The notes beneath the pieces are model-generated. The model saw nothing but the letters and a program-made list of their open reading frames with translations, had not been told where the DNA came from and did not search any database. Below, one piece after another: positions 64,000 through 64,000 of a DNA stretch of 64,000 nt. The position numbers and the translations under genes are program-made. The number at the start of each line of letters is the position of its first letter. Within the stretch, counting starts at the first letter, position 1. Origin of the DNA: Betaproteobacteria bacterium (GTDB lineage Bacteria > Pseudomonadota > Gammaproteobacteria > Burkholderiales > Burkholderiaceae_A); NCBI GenBank assembly GCA_016868255.1, contig VGHN01000004.1, forward strand, positions 39,162-103,161, given 5' to 3'.

Positions 64000-64000
64000 G

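Noticed and set aside
1-64000. tRNA/rRNA, CRISPR array, integrase, prophage or defence island
   Set aside because: Intergenic gaps are short, and no such motif or compositionally foreign block was seen; small ncRNAs cannot be excluded without a covariance search

Overview
Gene-dense, GC-rich core-chromosome segment of a betaproteobacterium; gene order and protein sequences are Burkholderiales-like. About 66 CDS, mostly housekeeping: nth-rnfB-fpr-fdxA, lutC/ghrB, rpsF-priB-rpsR-rplI-dnaB, Rieske oxygenase + rhodanese, xseB-ispA-dxs-folE2, argD-argF-argG-yajQ, lpxK-ycaR-kdsB-adk, xseA, sodB, icd, csp, clpSA, fccAB (sulfide dehydrogenase), tal, ribF-ileS-lspA-coaBC-dut, purN-rsmB-desA, gloB-mltD, rnhA-RND pump-dnaQ, argA, hrpA, pbpG, IclR-lutAB, aat-bpt-pyrD. 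I saw no tRNA/rRNA, CRISPR, IS or prophage. Three things stand out. (1) Three intact, overlapping hypothetical ORFs after dnaQ (49641-51658) read by eye as a strongly degenerate CheW / membrane coiled-coil (MCP-like) / mini-CheA trio lacking all kinase motifs, possibly a repurposed non-catalytic chemosensory scaffold. (2) A DnaA-box cluster with a consensus IHF site lies between lpxK and xseA (datA/DARS-like). (3) Several genes have a -10 hexamer 6-7 nt before the start codon (leaderless-type), including a palindromic bidirectional -10 shared by argA and hrpA. All calls are from manual reading with no database searches; several start codons were adjusted from the ORF track and are estimates.
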